Of a stretch of 16,424 nt of DNA, positions 1 through 5,848 are shown one piece after another; position 1 is the first letter of the stretch, and each line of letters opens with the position of its first letter. The stretch is from NCBI GenBank assembly GCA_049971295.1, contig JBMFLH010000040.1, forward strand, positions 1-16,424, in the 5' to 3' direction. The DNA comes from Candidatus Ratteibacteria bacterium. Lineage in GTDB: Bacteria > Ratteibacteria > UBA8468 > B48-G9 > DTJG01. The notes below the pieces were generated by a model. That model saw nothing but the letters and a program-made list of their open reading frames with translations. It did no database searches and was not told the origin of the DNA. A program made the translations under genes and the position numbers.

Positions 1-19
1 TCAAATCCCTCACCCTCCG
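1..19 (+). tRNA. 3' end of a tRNA, probably tRNA-Ser (cut by the window start; CCA not encoded)
   Basis: TCAAAT (T-loop 55-60), CCCTC (3' T-stem), ACCCTCC (3' acceptor strand) and G discriminator give exact tRNA geometry. U70-C71-C72-G73 matches tRNA-Ser acceptor identity. A T-rich tract follows (20-32). The anticodon is outside the window. Confidence 0.7.
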
Positions 20-35
20 TTTTTTCTTCTTTGAA

Positions 36-283
36 AGGGATTTGAACTGGAGCGGTGCTGGTGCGAGGAAGAACGAGCACTGTATAGCACAAAGGGCGAG
101 AAGGTGAGCCCGTTGACCGAAGCGTAGTGTGCAAGACGATGTATAAGTCCGAGCAAGCGAGGACTTATGCGGCTGGTTGCCAGTGCGATGGAGAAAGAGC
201 ACTGATTGGCAAGCCTGCCGAGAAGGTGAGGCAGGCCGGATCGACCCGAGCCGTAGTGGGCCCGAGGGCGCTCAAATCCCTCA
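36..283 (+). repeat. GC-rich structured non-coding element (putative ncRNA or REP/MITE-like element) with terminal inverted repeats and an internal duplicated hairpin module
   Basis: AGGGATTTGA (36-45) is complementary to TCAAATCCCT (272-281). Hairpins at 55-90, 94-111, 141-170, 177-212 and 213-236, plus weaker ones at 113-134 and 241-265. CGAGAAGGTGAG is repeated at 97-108 and 219-230. Confidence 0.75.
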
Positions 284-525
284 TCGGTGACCTTCCCAAG
301 TTTTTTCTATCCTTGCTGGAGAGGATACATGTGATGGGTGTCTTTGAAGAAACCATTATCTTGAAGTTTTGCAACATGTTTTTGTTTTCGCTAACAAAAT
401 GGATGCTGAGGACTTTCCAAAATTTAATTTGACCAGGTCAAAAAAAACTGTAAACTATTCTTGAAATCGATGCGTAATCGTATGTTTTAGTACAATCCAT
501 ATATCATTCAGGCGAATAGAAATTT

Positions 526-1011
526 ATGAAAATTTTTCCTGAAAATTGGCGTGTTGCTTTACTGAGAACAACTTGCGTAATAATATTGTTGATTGTAACA
601 AGAATCTATTTTATCCAGTGGTTTCGTGCATTTGGCATGAGCATGGAACCCACAATAAAAGATGGTTCAATAGTCCTTGTTAATAAACTTGCTTACAGAT
701 TCCATTCTGTGAAAAGAGGCGATATTGTCATTTTCAGGACCTCGAATAGACCCTATGTTTATTTTATCAAAAGAGTAATTGCCTTTTCAGGAGAAATTGT
801 TGAGTTCAAAAATGGACAACTCTATATCAATGGACATGAAGTATCTGAGATCTATCTTGCCGAAAAAGGAAACTGGGATGTGAAACCATTTACTGTGAAA
901 CAACATCATATCTTTGTATGCGGAGATAATAGATTGACTGACTGGGATGCCCACTTTCATCCTCAAATTTCAACCAAAAATATTATTGGCAAAGCCATTG
1001 GTTACAGATGA
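526..1011 (+). CDS. lepB: signal peptidase I (S26 family)
   Basis: One N-terminal TM segment, GMSMEPT (catalytic Ser), RGDIVIF, FIKRVIA (catalytic Lys) and GDNR box. Confidence 0.92.
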   Translation: MKIFPENWRVALLRTTCVIILLIVTRIYFIQWFRAFGMSMEPTIKDGSIVLVNKLAYRFHSVKRGDIVIFRTSNRPYVYFIKRVIAFSGEIVEFKNGQLYINGHEVSEIYLAEKGNWDVKPFTVKQHHIFVCGDNRLTDWDAHFHPQISTKNIIGKAIGYR

Positions 1012-1466
1012 AAATAGCAAAATTAATAATCAGAGTGTTTTTGTTTCTGATACTAGCCACTACGGCAGGCATTGCTGTGAAATTGATATTTTTTCCTGAT
1101 GAAAATGCAAAAATTAAAAAGACCCTTTCAATGACAATAGAAGAACTTGAAAATAAACAAATAAATGAATTTATCAGGCACTTTACTCTTGATTACAGAG
1201 ACGGTTTTGATAACACCTATGGCACTCTTTACATCTTTTTGAAAAACAACATCAATATGTGCAAGTATCTTGATATAAATATAAGCCAGCTGGAAATTGA
1301 AAGGGAAAAATCACATGCAATAGTGAAATTTTTTGCCACCGCTTATATTGAAACTACCGATGGAGAACGATATAAAGAAGCTGGTAGATTTGTACTGAAA
1401 ATGCGCAAGGAAGATTTCAAATGGCGCATATACAGGCTTGACGAAATGGAATATGAGTTTGATTGA
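1008..1466 (+). CDS. membrane-anchored hypothetical protein, probable NTF2/SnoaL-like fold
   Basis: N-terminal hydrophobic anchor, helical start, beta-rich end finishing LKMRKEDFKWRI (typical NTF2-like last strand). ATGA overlap with the lepB stop. Confidence 0.65.
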   Translation: MKIAKLIIRVFLFLILATTAGIAVKLIFFPDENAKIKKTLSMTIEELENKQINEFIRHFTLDYRDGFDNTYGTLYIFLKNNINMCKYLDINISQLEIEREKSHAIVKFFATAYIETTDGERYKEAGRFVLKMRKEDFKWRIYRLDEMEYEFD

Positions 1467-1499
1467 AACATGGATTTTCCATCTCATCACACATACCAC

Positions 1500-1528
1500 T
1501 TGACAAACTAAATATAGTGTATTAGAAT
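1500..1528 (+). promoter_or_regulatory. sigma70-type promoter of the nrdR-nrdD operon
   Basis: TTGACA (1500-1505), 17-bp spacer, TAGAAT (1523-1528). Confidence 0.85.
1505..1520. promoter_or_regulatory. NrdR box 1
   Basis: AAACTAAATATAGTGT matches the consensus acaCwAtATaTwGtgt at 14/16 and lies in the promoter spacer. Confidence 0.85.
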
Positions 1529-1536
1529 ATGAAAAA

Positions 1537-1552
1537 ATACAATATATTGCGA
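1537..1552. promoter_or_regulatory. NrdR box 2
   Basis: ATACAATATATTGCGA keeps the CwAtATaTwG core. It starts 32 bp after box 1, the typical tandem NrdR box spacing, and abuts the nrdR ATG. Confidence 0.85.
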
Positions 1553-2031
1553 TGAAATGCCCATATTGCGGTTTCATGGAAGACCGTGTAATTGACTCGA
1601 GAGAAAGTGAGGATGGTTTGCAAATACGTAGAAGAAGGGAATGTTTGCGTTGTGAAAAAAGATTTACCACTTATGAAGAAATTGAAGAAAAACCATTGAT
1701 TGTAGTCAAAAAAGATGGAAGAAGAGAAAAATTCAATAGAGAAAAAGTTTTTAATGGAATCCAGCGAGCATGTGAAAAAAGGCCAATCAGTACAGAACAA
1801 ATTACAACGATTGTTGACGAACTTGAACAGGAATTGAAGCAGAGGTTTGAAAAAGAAGTGTCATCAAAGGATATTGGTGAAATGATTATTGAAAAACTTC
1901 GTAAACTTGATGAGGTTGCATATGTCCGTTTTGCTTCAGTATATAGACAGTTTAAAGATGTTTCAGAATTTCAAAAAGAAGTAGAAAACATAAAAGGGGC
2001 TTATCATGACCCAGGGAATAAACACCAGTAA
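1552..2031 (+). CDS. nrdR: transcriptional repressor NrdR
   Basis: MKCPYC...VIDSR...IRRRRECLRCEKRFTTYE zinc ribbon, ATP cone (VVKKDGRREKF) and LDEVAYVRFASVYRQF. Confidence 0.98.
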   Translation: MKCPYCGFMEDRVIDSRESEDGLQIRRRRECLRCEKRFTTYEEIEEKPLIVVKKDGRREKFNREKVFNGIQRACEKRPISTEQITTIVDELEQELKQRFEKEVSSKDIGEMIIEKLRKLDEVAYVRFASVYRQFKDVSEFQKEVENIKGAYHDPGNKHQ

Positions 2032-4363
2032 AATTGAATTCATTCAAAAAAGAGATGGCAGAATTGTTCCTTTTGAAAAGGCAAAAATAGCAGAAGCGAT
2101 TTTTAAAGCAGCACAGAGTGTTGGAGGCCAGGACAGGTATCTTGCTGAAGACCTTGCAGAAGCAGTCACGGTTTATCTGAACAAAGAATTTAAAGGGAAA
2201 ATTCCAACTGTTGAAGAAATTCAGGATATCGTGGAAAAGGTTTTGATAAAAACAGGACATGCGAAAACAGCCAAGGCATACATTCTTTACAGGGAGAAAA
2301 GAGCAAGAATAAGACAGATTAAGCAGGGAATCATTGAAAAAGCCATTCTTGAAGAACAACAGGAAATTGCAAAAATAAAGGAATCTACAGACCTGAGTCT
2401 TTTTGTAAGGACCAGTGGTGAGGATATCGTTTTATGGGATATTGAGAAAATTGTGGATTCACTGGTAAAAGAGACAGGTATTGAACGAAATGTTGCTACT
2501 TTTATAGCCACAGAGGTGAAAAAGGAGATTATCGCATCAAAGGTGAAAAATCTTACAGCTCCTTTAATCAGAGAGATGGTAAATGCTAAACTGGTTGAAT
2601 TTGGCATGGAAGAGGCAAGAAGAAAATATACCAGGCTTGGATTGCCATTGTATGATGTAAAAAACATTATTTTCAGTCCGAACAAAGAAAATGCAAATAT
2701 TCCTCATAATCCTGAAGCAACCAACCTGACATTGGCAGAGCAGATAAAAAAAGAGTTTGCACTACTTGAGGTTTTTTCTCCGGAAATTTCAGATGCACAT
2801 CTGAGTGGAGATTTACACCTGCATGACCTTGGATTTATTGATAGGCCATATTGTTCAGGGCAATCCCTTGAATACGTGAAAAAATTCGGGCTACATCTTC
2901 CCAACGCCCTTTCAATTGCAAAACCAGCAAAGCATCCTGAAACCCTTCTTGCGCACATGGTGAAATTTTCCGCTGCTCTTCAGGGACATTTCAATGGCGC
3001 AATTGGATGGGATGCTGTCAACATATTTTTCGCTCCATTCCTTGAAGGTGCATCTGACAAAGAAATGAGACAGCTGGCTCAAATGCTTATCTATGAATAC
3101 AGCCAGCAGGCAGTTGCAAGAGGTGGACAGGCAATTTTCAGCGATATCAATCTGTACTGGGAAATACCGGACCATTTCATTGATGTGCCTGCGATAGGTC
3201 CTGGGGGAAAAGAAACCAGGAAGAAATATGGGGAATATCAGCAAACCGCGCAAAGATTCGCAAAGGCGCTTTTTGAGGTTTACCTTGAAGGAGACGGCAT
3301 AGGGAGACCGTTTTTCTTTCCCAAGCCGCTTCTTCACATCACAAACAGATTTTTTCAAACACCTGGTCACGAGGAATTTCTTGAATTTGTCAGCCTTGTG
3401 GCAGCAGAAAAGGGCAATACCTATTTTGTTTTTGACAGGGATAATACCGCAAGAATCAGTGAATGTTGTAGATTGTCATTCAAGCTTGAAGCATCCGATA
3501 TAGAAGACGCTAAAACCCCATGGAAAATGAGGTTTTCAGCCCTGCAGAATGTAACATTGAATTTACCGAGGGTTGCATACAACTCCAATCACGATGATTC
3601 CAAACTTTTTCAAAATCTTGAGAACCTGATGAATCTTGCAGTCAAAGCTCATATGGCGAAGCGGCGCTTCATAGAGACACTTCTATCGTACGGTCAAAAC
3701 GGACCTCTTGCGCTTCTAACCATGAACCTTGACGGCGAACCATATTTGAGAATGCACAGAGTGACTCATCTGATAGGACTTCTTGGTCTCAATGAAATGG
3801 TTCAATATCACACAGGCAATCAACTGCATGAATCTGACGATGCCTTTAAGTTTGGGCTGAAGGTAGTGTCGTTCCTAAAAATTTTGTGTGACCGCAAGAC
3901 AAAAGAAACAGGATTGAGATTTGTACTGGAACAAACACCAGCAGAATCAACCGCACACCGACTTGCAAGATTGGATTATGAACACTTTCCTTCACAGAGT
4001 GCCCAGGTATTAAAAGGAACCATGCCGGATAAGGTTTATTACACAAATTCCACATATCTGAATATTTCTGAGCCACTATCTCCTATAGAAAGGGTTAAAA
4101 AAGAAGGAATTTTTCATCCTCTTATTGAAGCAGGCGCTCTTACTCACATATGGCTTGGTGAGAGTAAACCAGACGCAAAGGCACTATCAAACTTTGTCGT
4201 CAAGGTATTTCAGCATACGAAAAATGCTCAGATTGCTTTCAGTCCAGAATTTACCTCGTGTCTTGACTGTGGAAGGGTTTACAGAGGCATTTCAAAAGAA
4301 TGTCCATGGTGTTCCACGGTAAATAAAGGTGTAATAAAAATAAATGCACAACAAAACAGTTGA
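2006..4363 (+). CDS. nrdD: anaerobic (class III) ribonucleoside-triphosphate reductase, catalytic part lacking the C-terminal glycyl-radical domain
   Basis: Two N-terminal ATP cones, AHLSGDLHLHDL, RPYC (C283), SECCRL finger loop (C487/C488), NVTLNLPR, EQTPAES, YYTNS and a CLDC...CPWC zinc site. The stop comes before any RxxGY motif. Confidence 0.95.
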   Translation: MTQGINTSKIEFIQKRDGRIVPFEKAKIAEAIFKAAQSVGGQDRYLAEDLAEAVTVYLNKEFKGKIPTVEEIQDIVEKVLIKTGHAKTAKAYILYREKRARIRQIKQGIIEKAILEEQQEIAKIKESTDLSLFVRTSGEDIVLWDIEKIVDSLVKETGIERNVATFIATEVKKEIIASKVKNLTAPLIREMVNAKLVEFGMEEARRKYTRLGLPLYDVKNIIFSPNKENANIPHNPEATNLTLAEQIKKEFALLEVFSPEISDAHLSGDLHLHDLGFIDRPYCSGQSLEYVKKFGLHLPNALSIAKPAKHPETLLAHMVKFSAALQGHFNGAIGWDAVNIFFAPFLEGASDKEMRQLAQMLIYEYSQQAVARGGQAIFSDINLYWEIPDHFIDVPAIGPGGKETRKKYGEYQQTAQRFAKALFEVYLEGDGIGRPFFFPKPLLHITNRFFQTPGHEEFLEFVSLVAAEKGNTYFVFDRDNTARISECCRLSFKLEASDIEDAKTPWKMRFSALQNVTLNLPRVAYNSNHDDSKLFQNLENLMNLAVKAHMAKRRFIETLLSYGQNGPLALLTMNLDGEPYLRMHRVTHLIGLLGLNEMVQYHTGNQLHESDDAFKFGLKVVSFLKILCDRKTKETGLRFVLEQTPAESTAHRLARLDYEHFPSQSAQVLKGTMPDKVYYTNSTYLNISEPLSPIERVKKEGIFHPLIEAGALTHIWLGESKPDAKALSNFVVKVFQHTKNAQIAFSPEFTSCLDCGRVYRGISKECPWCSTVNKGVIKINAQQNS

Positions 4364-4392
4364 ACAATTTTTACACTTAATGAGGAGGGAAG

Positions 4393-4710
4393 ATGGAAAG
4401 AAGTAAATTTATCGAGCATCTGAAGAAGTATCCTCACCTTTACCAGGTTGAGGAAAAAAATGATGATGGTTATTCAGGGATTCTTGTTCAGGATAAGGAG
4501 TATAACACCCTAACATTTTTTACTGATGAAGCCATCAGAGAAGGAGAACTTGTTGAACTGTTGAAACAGACACACCAGGGGAAAAATGTTGAATGGATTA
4601 GCAGGGTCACAGGATACTTTTCAAAGATTAATTCCTGGAACAAGGGGAAACGAGAAGAATTTAAGGATAGATACAGGTCACGCAATATTGGCGCAGGTGT
4701 TAAAGAATAA
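4393..4710 (+). CDS. stand-alone NrdD glycyl-radical domain protein with an extra ~60-aa N-terminal region
   Basis: NVEWISRVTGYFSKINSWNKGKREEFKDR is the NrdD C-terminal glycyl-radical motif (Gly74, 4612-4614). Strong RBS GAGGAGG at 4382-4388. Confidence 0.9.
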   Translation: MERSKFIEHLKKYPHLYQVEEKNDDGYSGILVQDKEYNTLTFFTDEAIREGELVELLKQTHQGKNVEWISRVTGYFSKINSWNKGKREEFKDRYRSRNIGAGVKE

Positions 4711-5848
4711 TCATCAACCCGATAGCTGCGATAATACCGAGGCTTCCACCAAAGCCAAAAGCAACAGAGTAGCCAAATTTCTGCCATAAAATGCCTGTGA
4801 TAATGGAAGCCGGCAGTAATCCAATGCCTACAAGGGTTGCATGCAGGCCAAGCATGGATGCTTTTATATCTGAAGGAGCAATCTGGCTTACAAGAGACTT
4901 TTCAACGCCCTCTGTCAGCGCCATGTAAAATCCGTATAAACCAAGGGCGAGAAAATAAAAAGAAACTCCACCGGTTCCAGCGAAAAGCCAGTAGACAATA
5001 CCGTACACGAGATAACCGACAACAAGAACTGTTTTTTGCCCTATTAAATCAGAAATTCTGCCGCATGGCGTGGACAATGCAGCATACACCAGATTAAAAA
5101 TCAGATATGCCTCCAGGGTAGTAATCAATGAACCAGTATCTTTTTGAATTTTGAGCAGTAGAAACTGGTTAGAAGAATTACCAAGAGCAAAAACAAATGG
5201 AAAAACAAGAAACATTTTTAATTTACGAGGAAGGTTTCTGAAAGATAGAGAAATTTTCTGCTTGTTTGAGGACACACCTGGTTTATCTTTGATTGCAAAA
5301 AGTATAAACCAGCCAGTAATTGCCGGTATGATGGAAAGCAAGAAAATATTTCTATAAATCTGCGCATTGTAAAAATCAAAAGAAGTTTTTGAAACAATTA
5401 ACAAAACAATGAACACACCGGTAAATGCGCCAAGTGTATCAAGGGTTCTGTGAATTCCATAGGCATATCCTCTTTTGCTATGCTCCGAATAATCAGCAAT
5501 GAGAGCATCTCTTGGCGCTGTTCTTATACCCTTTCCTATTCTGTCAAAAAATCTGCCTGTAAAAACATATTGCCAGGATGTGGCAATCGCAAAAAATATT
5601 TTCCCTGCCCATGAAAACCCATACCCAAAAATTGCAAGAAACTTTCGTTTTTGAACCCTGTCTGAAATGTATCCAGAAAAAACCTTCAAAATACTCGCAG
5701 TACTTTCTGCCAGCCCTTCTATAACGCCCAGTACAGCAACACTTGCGCCAAGAACGCCTGTTACAAATATTGGTAGCAGAGGATAAACCATTTCAGTGCT
5801 TATATCCACAAAAAAACTAACCAGCCCAAGGATAAAAACCTGAATCAT
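4700..5848 (-). CDS. MFS transporter
   Basis: About 12 hydrophobic segments; motif A (GYISDRVQKRK, GRISDLIGQK); DRIGKGIRTAPRDALI. Confidence 0.92.
   Translation of the reverse strand: MIQVFILGLVSFFVDISTEMVYPLLPIFVTGVLGASVAVLGVIEGLAESTASILKVFSGYISDRVQKRKFLAIFGYGFSWAGKIFFAIATSWQYVFTGRFFDRIGKGIRTAPRDALIADYSEHSKRGYAYGIHRTLDTLGAFTGVFIVLLIVSKTSFDFYNAQIYRNIFLLSIIPAITGWFILFAIKDKPGVSSNKQKISLSFRNLPRKLKMFLVFPFVFALGNSSNQFLLLKIQKDTGSLITTLEAYLIFNLVYAALSTPCGRISDLIGQKTVLVVGYLVYGIVYWLFAGTGGVSFYFLALGLYGFYMALTEGVEKSLVSQIAPSDIKASMLGLHATLVGIGLLPASIITGILWQKFGYSVAFGFGGSLGIIAAIGLMIIL

Noticed and set aside
36..283. CRISPR array, riboswitch or second tRNA interpretation of the structured element
   Set aside because: Only two diverged module copies, no constant repeat with unique spacers, no cas genes, no cloverleaf and no riboswitch consensus that I recognise.
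308..359. Two short hairpins after the element (TATCCT/AGGATA; GTGATGG/CCATTAT)
   Set aside because: Stems are short, lack the GA...GA loop signature and have no U-tract; not enough to call a terminator or extend the element.
127..432. 101-aa + strand ORF and 70-aa - strand ORF (165-377)
   Set aside because: No RBS or recognisable motif; they overlap the GC-rich hairpin element, where stop codons are scarce by composition.
4313..4590. Intein, intron or programmed frameshift rejoining the two nrdD parts
   Set aside because: No intein termini or group I/II intron hallmarks are visible, and the second ORF has its own strong RBS and ATG.
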